Of a stretch of 64,000 nucleotides of DNA, positions 57,014 to 64,000 are shown in pieces. Below the pieces are notes generated by a model. That model was not told the origin of the DNA and did not search any database. It was given only the letters and a program-made list of their open reading frames with translations. A program made the translations under genes and the position numbers. Source of the DNA: a virus (lineage: Duplodnaviria; Heunggongvirae; Uroviricota; Caudoviricetes); the IMG/VR virus record IMGVR_UViG_3300007734_000754, positions 1-64,000 of that record. The stretch is one strand, 5' to 3'. Position 1 is the first letter of the stretch. The number at the start of each line of letters is the position of its first letter.

Positions 57014-58680
57014 TGGCAATTACATTAAGAACTGACTCAGGATCAGCATTAACCTATACACAAGTAGATACTAACTTTACATCGATGTTCTACTCATCAT
57101 CACTTTCAGGAAGTACAATAACCCTGTACAGAACCGGAAGTACTGCATTAGGTATACCAAGCACAAGTGCATCATTTAATTTAACGGCAGATACACTTTG
57201 GACATCAAGTATAGACAGAATTAGTAGATTAGGGCAGGTAGACGTAACAGGTTCATTTATAAATGGATTCAAAATCTCAGCAACAGGTCTATACTCACAT
57301 GCTGAAGGATCAGGATCAACATCATCAGGAACAGGATCACACGCTGAAGGATTCGGTACACAAGCTACTACAAAGTACTCACACGCAGAAGGGTATAATA
57401 CAATAGCACAGGGCCCTTATTCTCATGCAGAAGGAAATGCTGCTATTGCGTCAGGTTGGTACTCACACGCAGAAGGAGGTGGAACAGCCAATGGAACAGG
57501 GTCACATGCAGAAGGAAGAGGAGGAATTGCATATGGAAGCTACTCACATGCTGAAGGAGATACTACCTCTGCATATGGATATGGATCACATGCAGAAGGA
57601 ACACTTACATTAGCATCAGGATCTTACTCACATGCAGAAGGGCAATACACATCAGCATCAGGAGACTACTCACATGCAGAAGGTCAAGTAACGGTAGCTA
57701 GCGGTACTTATTCACATGCTGAAGGTACTACCACTAAAGCAGGAGGTTATAGCAGTCATGCTGAAGGAAGATATGCAACAGCATCAGGACAATACTCACA
57801 TGCAGAAGGACATTATACACAAGCAGTAGGAAATTACTCACATGCTGAAGGATACTTTACAACAGCATCAGGTGATTGGTCACATGCTGAAGGATTATCT
57901 ACAAATCCAACAGGTCAGGCCTCGCATGCAGAAGGTAGAGAGACTGTAGCACAAGGTAATCAAGCACATGCTGAAGGACTTAGAACATTAGCTTTAGCAG
58001 ATTTTTCACATGCAGAAGGGTATTATACAACTGCATCAGGGCAATACTCACATGCAGAAGGAGCATTTACATTAGCATCAGGGCAATACTCACATGCAGA
58101 AGGGCAATATACAACAGCATCAGGAATGTTATCGCATGCGGAAGGTAGCACTACACACGCAAAAGGGTACATTTCGCATACTGAAGGAGCATTCACATTC
58201 GCAACAGGATCTTACTCACATGCTGAAGGGTATTATACAACAGCATCAGGAGACTACTCACACGCACAGGGCTACAGTACTGTAGCGTCAGGATCATATC
58301 AATCAGTAACAGGTCAATTTAACATATCATCATCTCAAGCAGGAGCTTTTATAATAGGAGGCGGTACATCAGATACTACTAGAAGAAATTTAGTATTTGC
58401 AGCCGGTACCTTATTCCAAGTATCGGGATCACTTTTAGTAACAGGTTCTAAAACTATTATAGGCGATAATATAATAACAGGATCACTTTTAGTAACAGGA
58501 TCTACAACACTAAATAACTTATTAATACTACAACCAAGAACAACAACACCAACAGCAGGAACTGCAACCACAGGTAGTATAATGATATCAGGAAGTTCAG
58601 GAACAAGCTTAAACTTGTATGTATATACCGGAGGAGTTACAGCAGCAGGAAACGGTTGGGGTAAAATAACTATTACATAA
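57013..58680 (+). CDS. tail fibre/adhesin with about 24 tandem 14-residue SHAEG repeats (YadA-head-like)
   Basis: Residues about 95-430 repeat (Y)SHAEGxxTxASGx with a 14-aa period. S-x-A-x-G spacing mirrors the Hep_Hag/YadA head repeat (NSVAIGxxAxAxGx). Confidence 0.55.
   Translation: MAITLRTDSGSALTYTQVDTNFTSMFYSSSLSGSTITLYRTGSTALGIPSTSASFNLTADTLWTSSIDRISRLGQVDVTGSFINGFKISATGLYSHAEGSGSTSSGTGSHAEGFGTQATTKYSHAEGYNTIAQGPYSHAEGNAAIASGWYSHAEGGGTANGTGSHAEGRGGIAYGSYSHAEGDTTSAYGYGSHAEGTLTLASGSYSHAEGQYTSASGDYSHAEGQVTVASGTYSHAEGTTTKAGGYSSHAEGRYATASGQYSHAEGHYTQAVGNYSHAEGYFTTASGDWSHAEGLSTNPTGQASHAEGRETVAQGNQAHAEGLRTLALADFSHAEGYYTTASGQYSHAEGAFTLASGQYSHAEGQYTTASGMLSHAEGSTTHAKGYISHTEGAFTFATGSYSHAEGYYTTASGDYSHAQGYSTVASGSYQSVTGQFNISSSQAGAFIIGGGTSDTTRRNLVFAAGTLFQVSGSLLVTGSKTIIGDNIITGSLLVTGSTTLNNLLILQPRTTTPTAGTATTGSIMISGSSGTSLNLYVYTGGVTAAGNGWGKITIT
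57295..58300 (+). repeat. 42-bp tandem coding repeat array
   Basis: Direct DNA repeats encoding the SHAEG units. Confidence 0.6.
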
Positions 58681-58693
58681 AACAAAATAAAAA

Positions 58694-59131
58694 ATGTGGT
58701 TATATCAAAATAAAGAAATAAGAGAATTAGAAGATATGCCCGAAGGAAGCTTCGGGTTTATCTATGAAGTAACACACCTACCAAGTGGTAGAAAATACTT
58801 AGGAAAGAAACAACTTATTTCTGTTACAAAAAAAGCTTTAGGTAAAAAAGAACTAGCTTTAATAACAGATAAAAGAGCTAGTAAATCTAAAATTGTTAAA
58901 AAAGAATCTGATTGGAAGACATATTATGGATCTCATTCAGAAATAAAACAATTACTAAAAGAAGGTAAACAGTCGGAATTTTCAAGAGAAATTCTTATAT
59001 TTACTCCAAATAAAAAATTGCATACCTATTACGAGAATAAAATGCTATTTATAAAAGGAGTAATAGAACCAGATTCTAACTATATAAATGATAATATAGA
59101 AGGAAGATATTTTAGAAAAGATTTCATATGA
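58694..59131 (+). CDS. hypothetical protein
   Basis: ORF only. Confidence 0.4.
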   Translation: MWLYQNKEIRELEDMPEGSFGFIYEVTHLPSGRKYLGKKQLISVTKKALGKKELALITDKRASKSKIVKKESDWKTYYGSHSEIKQLLKEGKQSEFSREILIFTPNKKLHTYYENKMLFIKGVIEPDSNYINDNIEGRYFRKDFI

Positions 59132-59691
59132 TTAAATTACAAGAGATAGTAGGATTACCAACCCTACAATACCATTTAGATAACGAACTGACATTATCAG
59201 AATGTGTCTATCGTTATTCTTCTGACTCCTTTGTACAATTATTTAATGAAGCAAGACAAGCATGGAGAGACGGTAAAATCGTATTATCTACTGAAGATGT
59301 ACAACTACTAGAAAGTACAGATATTGGAGAGTATGGTTTGTTTGAAGGAGCAAAAGTTCCTTTAGATTTACCAATGTTAAATGAACAAGAACTTAATGAA
59401 GCAGAGTATCATGGTAAGAAAGTTAAATTAGGGAAACCTAAAAGAGGAGGACCTAAGAAGTTCTATGTTTATGTAAGAGATCCAAAAAGTAAAAAGATAA
59501 AAAAAGTTAACTTTGGAGGTACGACAGGACTATCAGTTAAGATAGATGATCCAAAAGCAAGACATTCTTTTGCAGCTAGACATAAATGTGCTACAGAAAA
59601 AAATAGATTATCACCAAATTATTGGGGATGTCATATTGGAAGATATTGGAAAACATTAGGAGGAGCTAAGAACTTCTCAGGATATTGGTAA
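59128..59691 (+). CDS. conserved-looking basic phage protein
   Basis: GKPKRGGPKKFYVYV...VNFGGTTGLSVKIDDPKARHSFAARHKC...YWGC looks like a conserved phage family; the family name is not recalled with confidence. Confidence 0.35.
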   Translation: MIKLQEIVGLPTLQYHLDNELTLSECVYRYSSDSFVQLFNEARQAWRDGKIVLSTEDVQLLESTDIGEYGLFEGAKVPLDLPMLNEQELNEAEYHGKKVKLGKPKRGGPKKFYVYVRDPKSKKIKKVNFGGTTGLSVKIDDPKARHSFAARHKCATEKNRLSPNYWGCHIGRYWKTLGGAKNFSGYW

Positions 59692-59705
59692 AATAGAAAA
59701 ATAAA

Positions 59706-60218
59706 ATGGATATTACACAACAAATTTTAAAACCACAGACTCTTTCAGGAGATGTTATTAGCTTATTAAATGAAAGATTAGGAGATGAGTACACAGCTCA
59801 CTACTTCTACAGAAATGCATCTAACTGGTGTGAGGAGAAAGGATACTTAAAAGCAGCAGCATTCTTTGCAACAGAAGCATCTACCGAATTAGAGCATGCT
59901 CAGAAAGTACAAAAATACCTAGTAGACTGGAATACAGTTCCAACTATTCCGGCTGTCAACATACAACCTGGCTTTAATTCATTAATTGACATTGTAAATA
60001 AAGCATACCAGTTAGAGTATAACCTATTCTTACAATACAACGCAAATTCAGCAGAGATATTTCCAGGAGATATGGCTACCTTTGATTTCTTACAAGAACT
60101 AAGACAAATTCAAAATGCATCTGTAGCAGAGTACGCAACTCTTTTAAATGGAGCAGAATTAGTAGATATCAATAATAAGTTAGATGTTCTTTATTACGAA
60201 AATCAATACTTCGGATAA
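59706..60218 (+). CDS. ferritin-like protein
   Basis: LNERLGDEYTAHYFYRNASNWC...AAAFFATEASTELEHAQKV...AYQLEYNLF aligns with the ferritin four-helix bundle and its ferroxidase Glu/His positions (E17, E50-x-x-H53, E94 by FtnA numbering). Confidence 0.55.
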   Translation: MDITQQILKPQTLSGDVISLLNERLGDEYTAHYFYRNASNWCEEKGYLKAAAFFATEASTELEHAQKVQKYLVDWNTVPTIPAVNIQPGFNSLIDIVNKAYQLEYNLFLQYNANSAEIFPGDMATFDFLQELRQIQNASVAEYATLLNGAELVDINNKLDVLYYENQYFG

Positions 60219-60484
60219 TGATTAAGTTAAAGGATCTACTAAGAGAAGAATATGGAGGAGGTACATATGAAGTACCAGAAAACCATAAAGCCGGGTTAAG
60301 AGTTCCTAAAGGAGGTTCTTGCTGTGCGACTTGTACGTATTGGAATAAGGAAGAGGAAATATGTACTAATACATACTACGAGACATGGGCCGGAACAAAT
60401 AAAATTCCATTTGCAGCTAACGAATATTGTACAGACTGGTATGAACCAACAAAAGAATCCCTACAGTCAGAGGAGGGAGAATAA
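60218..60484 (+). CDS. Cys-rich small protein
   Basis: GGSCCATCTYW...C...C. Confidence 0.4.
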   Translation: MIKLKDLLREEYGGGTYEVPENHKAGLRVPKGGSCCATCTYWNKEEEICTNTYYETWAGTNKIPFAANEYCTDWYEPTKESLQSEEGE

Positions 60485-60485
60485 C

Positions 60486-60710
60486 TTGGTAGTAAGAACA
60501 TTCTCACAAGATATTGATGAGGATGAATTGGTTTGGCATAGAGATAAAAAAGACAGAGAGATAAAAGTATTAGAAGAAACAGATTGGATGTTTCAATTCG
60601 ATAACGAATTACCTCAGATTATAAAAGATGTAATATTTATACCAAAGAACACATACCACAGAGTAATAAAAGGAACAAATAACTTAAACATAACCATCTT
60701 AGAATACTAA
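60486..60710 (+). CDS. hypothetical protein, probable TTG start with AGGAGG Shine-Dalgarno
   Basis: N-terminal 54 codons of track ORF 60324..60710 are an out-of-frame read of the previous gene. AGGAGGGAGAA sits 8 nt upstream of TTG at 60486. Confidence 0.3.
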   Translation: MVVRTFSQDIDEDELVWHRDKKDREIKVLEETDWMFQFDNELPQIIKDVIFIPKNTYHRVIKGTNNLNITILEY

Positions 60711-60802
60711 TGGACGGAGGACCTACAGCTAGTTACTTATTAATACTATTACTGGTATTGGGTGTAGCTTTGATCTTAGTAGAATTAAAGAAAAAATAAA
60801 TA

Positions 60803-61336
60803 ATGAAAAAATCAAACATTACAAGTATTCTTAAACAAATAATATTAGAAGATGCTGATAAAGCAAGAGCGGAACACTTAGGTACTTTAAGAGGGTATTT
60901 AGAAGGTAATCTAATTCCTAAAATTAACATGGCAGTTAAAAGAGATGGAATCTCTCAAGCCTTTGCAAGTGAGTTAGTATCAGATATTCAAAAGAGACTT
61001 GATACGATTCAATCTAGTGATAGCCTTAATAAAGTAGGGCCTGGTATGAAAGAGTCTAGCCTATCACCAGCATATCTTACAAACATATACTCAAGCAGTG
61101 AAGCATTAGAAGCTACTATATATACGACTGGAGATGTATCTATTACACTAAGAAGCGGTGGTAAAAAACTTAAAATGACTGCTAGTATTCCTTTATCAGA
61201 ATTAAATGCAGAGTATTTAAAAGGTATTATTGAAGAAACTGGATTTGAATTTGATGAGAGTTTTCAAAAAGAAGTTGATGATTTTCTTGTAAAAATAAAA
61301 AGTAATCCAAAAGTACAATCAATAGAGAATACTTAA
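60803..61336 (+). CDS. hypothetical protein
   Basis: ORF only. Confidence 0.4.
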   Translation: MKKSNITSILKQIILEDADKARAEHLGTLRGYLEGNLIPKINMAVKRDGISQAFASELVSDIQKRLDTIQSSDSLNKVGPGMKESSLSPAYLTNIYSSSEALEATIYTTGDVSITLRSGGKKLKMTASIPLSELNAEYLKGIIEETGFEFDESFQKEVDDFLVKIKSNPKVQSIENT

Positions 61337-61776
61337 TGATTAGTCTTTACAGCATACTAAAAGAAGTTGTGCAGTCAACACCTGAATACGAACAACAAGT
61401 TGAAAAAATAAAACAACAAGGAGGTAAGTTTTTAGGATCAGGTGATTATGGTGCAGCTTTTTCTTTAGGAGGTAAGGTAGTAAAGATAACTACTGATTCA
61501 GAAGAATTAGAAGATGCTCAGAAAATAAAAGGAGTTAAGACTAAATACTTTGTATACATCTATGACGTAGAAGTTATAAGTGAAAAACTGGGAATTATTA
61601 CAATGGAAGACCTAGAACAATATACAGCAGATCCAGACGAAATTCCAATTGAAGATATCCACGATGAAGCAGACAGTTTAGGTATTTATCCTGATTTAGA
61701 AGGCCCAGGAGGTTCAATCAAAATGGATAATGTAATGCAAGACAAAAACGGAAATGTTAAAATAATAGATGTATAA
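61336..61776 (+). CDS. miniature protein-kinase-like protein (RIO/Kdo-kinase-like motifs)
   Basis: Gly-loop plus Lys (LGSGDYGAAFSLGGKVVKIT), Glu-rich helix (SEELEDAQ), catalytic-loop-like DLEGPGGSIKMDNVM and metal-binding-loop-like NGNVKIIDV. Only 146 aa. Confidence 0.4.
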   Translation: MISLYSILKEVVQSTPEYEQQVEKIKQQGGKFLGSGDYGAAFSLGGKVVKITTDSEELEDAQKIKGVKTKYFVYIYDVEVISEKLGIITMEDLEQYTADPDEIPIEDIHDEADSLGIYPDLEGPGGSIKMDNVMQDKNGNVKIIDV

Positions 61777-61893
61777 TGGCAAGAGGAAAGCATAGTTCAC
61801 CACAAAGAACTAAGACAGGAAAAAGCAGAAAATCAGCAGTAAAGACATTTAAGCTGATAAAGCAAAACGAATTAATATTAAATAAATTAAAAT

Positions 61894-61932
61894 AAGGCTT
61901 GTTTTTTCAAGCCTTTTTTCTTATATTATAGT
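61894..61932 (+). terminator. intrinsic terminator plus promoter-like box, second copy of the 39-nt element at 2301..2339
   Basis: Exact match of aaggcttgttttttcaagccttttttcttatattatagt. Confidence 0.6.
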
Positions 61933-61948
61933 CTAAAATCAGTTATGT

Positions 61949-62869
61949 ATGAATAATTCTATCCTTTTAGGTTATCTGGAAAACATATTGGGCAAGTCTA
62001 GCAAAAGAGCAAGAGAGAATTATGCATTTATATGTCCAAAATGTAACCATAGAAAACCGAAACTGGAAATAAATACCAGTACCAATGAGAAAGGAGAGAA
62101 TCCTTTCGAATGCTGGGTATGTGGATTTAAGGGGCGTACAGTTAAGTCACTACTAAAACAGTTACAAATACCAGCTGAACAAGCATACGAAATACTAAAA
62201 TACGTAAGAAAAGGTGATGAGATTGGTTATGCACCTACAACAGTAGTGGAATTACCAAAAGAGTTTCAAGCACTTTATACAGCATCAACTACATCTATTA
62301 TAGCAAATAAAGTAAGGAAATACCTTTATAGAAGGGGTTTTACTGATAGAGATTTTCTAAAATACAATATAGGATACTGTACATCAGGAGAATACACAGG
62401 TAGGGTTATTATTCCATCATATAACGAGAATAATCAATTAAACTTCTTTGTAGGGAGAACATACGAAGATGCCTACCACAAATATAGAAATCCGGAGTGC
62501 TCTAAAGATATAATAGGGTTTGAAAACCTGATTAACTGGTCACAGCCTATAATACTTGTAGAAGGGGTATTTGATGCAATAGCAGTAAAGAGAAATGCAA
62601 TTCCAATCTTAGGGAAAACATTAACTAAATCTCTACTAAGAAAGCTAGTAGACAGTAAGGTAGAAGATATTTACATAGCACTAGATAACGATGCTTTTAA
62701 GAAAGCATTAGAATATACAGAAAAATTCTTAAACATGGGTAAAAGGGTCTACCTAGTTGATATGGAAGATAAAGACCCAAGTGAGATGGGATTTGAGAAT
62801 TTTACTCATCATATACAACAAGCAGAAGAGATGAACTTAGGTAAACTTCTTCGCTATAAACTATCATAA
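61949..62869 (+). CDS. DNA primase (zinc-ribbon plus TOPRIM; DnaG/T7 gp4 primase-like)
   Basis: CPKCNH...x21...CWVCGF zinc-binding domain. TOPRIM IILVEGVFDAIAV (E..D) and IALDNDAFKKA (DxD). Confidence 0.6.
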   Translation: MNNSILLGYLENILGKSSKRARENYAFICPKCNHRKPKLEINTSTNEKGENPFECWVCGFKGRTVKSLLKQLQIPAEQAYEILKYVRKGDEIGYAPTTVVELPKEFQALYTASTTSIIANKVRKYLYRRGFTDRDFLKYNIGYCTSGEYTGRVIIPSYNENNQLNFFVGRTYEDAYHKYRNPECSKDIIGFENLINWSQPIILVEGVFDAIAVKRNAIPILGKTLTKSLLRKLVDSKVEDIYIALDNDAFKKALEYTEKFLNMGKRVYLVDMEDKDPSEMGFENFTHHIQQAEEMNLGKLLRYKLS

Positions 62870-62870
62870 A

Positions 62871-63659
62871 ATGGTAAATAAAGGAACAAACATTCTAGCA
62901 GAAAATGCTAAAAAGAGATTAAAATTCAATCCAGAATTAAAAAGGATAGACTTTGATGACCGAAGAGTATATCAAAGATCAGAAGGAGTATACTATCCAT
63001 CAGTAACAACCGTTTTAGGTTATATGCCAAAGAATAAGTTCTTTGAAAGCTGGTTGAAAGATGTAGGACATAACGCTGACCTTATTATGAGAAAAGCCGG
63101 AGATGAAGGTACACAAGTTCATAATGCAATCGAAGAGTTACTAGAAGGTAAAGAAGTACAGTGGATGGATGATTACGGCAATGCCCGTTACAGTGAACTA
63201 GTATGGGGTATGATTTTAAAGTTTGTTGATTTTTGGGATCAAGCTAAACCAAAATTAATATATACAGAAGAGTTTATCTACTCAGATACACATCAATATG
63301 CAGGAACAACAGATGTTGTTGTAGAGATAGGTGGTGAGATTTGGTTAATTGACTTTAAAACGTCTAATTCTTTACACAAAACAATGGATTTGCAATTAGC
63401 AGCATATGTTAAAGCTATTGAAGAAGTAAGAGATATTAAGATAGCTAGGACTGGAATCTTGTGGTTCAAATCAGCTAAAAGAGGTCCTAGTAAGAAAGAA
63501 GGAGAATTTCAAGGAAAAGGGTGGGAATTGAAAGAGGTAGGAGAGGTAGACTATAACTTCGACTTATTTCAAACAATATATAAATTATATAGATTAGAGA
63601 ATCCAGAAACAAAGCCAATTTATAGTTCATACCCAACAACAGTTTCGATATCAATATAA
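62871..63659 (+). CDS. PD-(D/E)XK nuclease (RecB-family-like)
   Basis: GTTDVVVEIGGEIWLIDFKTS (D...D-x-K) and LQLAAY (QhxxY). Confidence 0.5.
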   Translation: MVNKGTNILAENAKKRLKFNPELKRIDFDDRRVYQRSEGVYYPSVTTVLGYMPKNKFFESWLKDVGHNADLIMRKAGDEGTQVHNAIEELLEGKEVQWMDDYGNARYSELVWGMILKFVDFWDQAKPKLIYTEEFIYSDTHQYAGTTDVVVEIGGEIWLIDFKTSNSLHKTMDLQLAAYVKAIEEVRDIKIARTGILWFKSAKRGPSKKEGEFQGKGWELKEVGEVDYNFDLFQTIYKLYRLENPETKPIYSSYPTTVSISI

Positions 63660-63691
63660 ATCACTATTTATAATTAAATTATTGAAATTAT

Positions 63692-64000
63692 ATGAAAGAG
63701 TTAGATAAAGATATGCTAGGCATAGTAGACGGTATTCTTGCTGATGTATTTAGTACTGAAAAATTAACTGAACTAAAAGCTAGTGTAAAAAAAGCAGCTA
63801 AAGAAGTAGAAGAAAACGTATCAGGAGTACCGGTAAGTGCTCAATCAGCAATCTCTTCTAAAGATAGAGCAGATTTAGTAAACCTATATGACCAGTTAAG
63901 AAAGAGTGTAGATACTTCTCTTTTTAATATTGACTTTCAACAAGATAGAATCTACATTACTAGAATAATGGATTCTCAGAAAGGATTTGATTATACTCCA
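63692..64000 (+). CDS. hypothetical protein, 3'-truncated by window end
   Basis: Open frame from ATG 63692 to the window edge. Confidence 0.35.
   Translation, partial: MKELDKDMLGIVDGILADVFSTEKLTELKASVKKAAKEVEENVSGVPVSAQSAISSKDRADLVNLYDQLRKSVDTSLFNIDFQQDRIYITRIMDSQKGFDYTP

Noticed and set aside
3361-58285. Same-strand nested or alternative-frame ORFs (3361..3543, 24061..24249, 30849..31070 N-terminal part, 30959..31141, 57425..57613, 58094..58285)
   Set aside because: These are embedded out of frame inside longer, motif-supported genes. The two inside 57013..58680 are His/Met/Gln-rich reads of the 42-bp repeat in a wrong frame.
3125-60930. 33 minus-strand ORFs of 60-144 aa from the six-frame track (3125..3322, 4943..5140, 5786..6001, 6685..6879, 8604..8993, 10072..10311, 11024..11440, 11095..11277, 13048..13317, 13866..14105, 14944..15321, 18436..18642, 19245..19481, 21196..21378, 23510..23764, 25025..25459, 25550..25837, 28018..28251, 30664..30858, 30990..31178, 31554..31757, 32800..33081, 35598..35783, 38163..38369, 40025..40270, 44321..44662, 45495..45734, 46972..47184, 53362..53544, 54736..54954, 57090..57272, 58335..58685, 60733..60930)
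   Set aside because: Each lies wholly or largely antisense to a better-supported + strand gene with recognisable domains or cassette architecture. Their translations are low-complexity or Ser/Leu-rich, as expected for antisense reads of AT-rich coding DNA. None has its own promoter-like box.
1-64000. tRNA or other canonical RNA genes
   Set aside because: Visual scan for T-loop (GTTCGAATC/GGTTCRANTCC) and acceptor-stem patterns found none. The only structured-RNA candidates are the unconventional ones reported at 31025..31330 and 38700..38860.
1-64000. Integrase, transposase, IS elements or prophage att sites
   Set aside because: No ORF shows tyrosine/serine recombinase or DDE motifs. The HNH endonuclease at 19897..20556 is the only mobility-type gene and has no flanking repeats.

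Overview
The window is AT-rich (about 35% GC) and densely coding almost entirely on the + strand. It reads as an internal segment of a large tailed-phage genome, with a myovirus-type baseplate module (gp25/W-like and gp6/J-like proteins) and no ribosomal or housekeeping genes. Intergenic cassettes repeated about 30 times match the Bacteroidota sigma-A promoter architecture (-33 TTG, about 20-nt spacer, -7 TAnnTTTAGG), each preceded by an intrinsic terminator hairpin. On that basis the host is most likely a Flavobacteriia/Bacteroidota bacterium. Layout: (i) 1-2.3 kb lysis cassette (GH19 endolysin, holin-like and spanin-like ORFs); (ii) 2.3-3.8 kb DUF3310 protein, Cas4-like PD-(D/E)XK nuclease, RHH regulator; (iii) 3.8-18.5 kb glycan-biosynthesis island with a near-complete nonulosonic (pseudaminic-type) acid pathway (PseB-like dehydratase, class-III aminotransferase, CMP-sugar cytidylyltransferase, Gfo/Idh/MocA oxidoreductase, NeuB/PseI synthase, PseH-like GNAT), a possible Maf/DUF115-like transferase and at least five GT2/GT4 glycosyltransferases; (iv) 18.5-20.6 kb small ORFs including a zinc-ribbon protein with a polyacidic tail and an HNH endonuclease; (v) 20.7-38.7 kb array of about 30 short monocistronic early-type cassettes (terminator + promoter + conserved leader + small ORF), carrying an SPFH lipoprotein, a truncated CCA-type nucleotidyltransferase and a methylglyoxal-synthase homolog, and interrupted at 30.1-31.4 kb by a noncoding region with 11-bp-phased ACCCGTT iterons and two minus-strand promoter-driven small-RNA candidates; (vi) 38.7-42.6 kb strand-switch region with an ORF-less promoter-driven transcript, a minus-strand KTSC-like gene, an HD phosphohydrolase and a gp55-like late sigma factor; (vii) 42.6-58.7 kb baseplate/tail-fibre module with a 1357-aa protein, two paralogous fibre-like proteins and a fibre carrying about 24 tandem 14-residue YadA-head-like repeats; (viii) 58.7-64 kb ferritin-like protein, miniature protein-kinase-like ORF, DnaG/T7-type primase and a second PD-(D/E)XK nuclease. 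No tRNA, rRNA, CRISPR, integrase or transposase signals were recognised. All functional calls rest on motif-level similarity judged by eye; no database searches were run.
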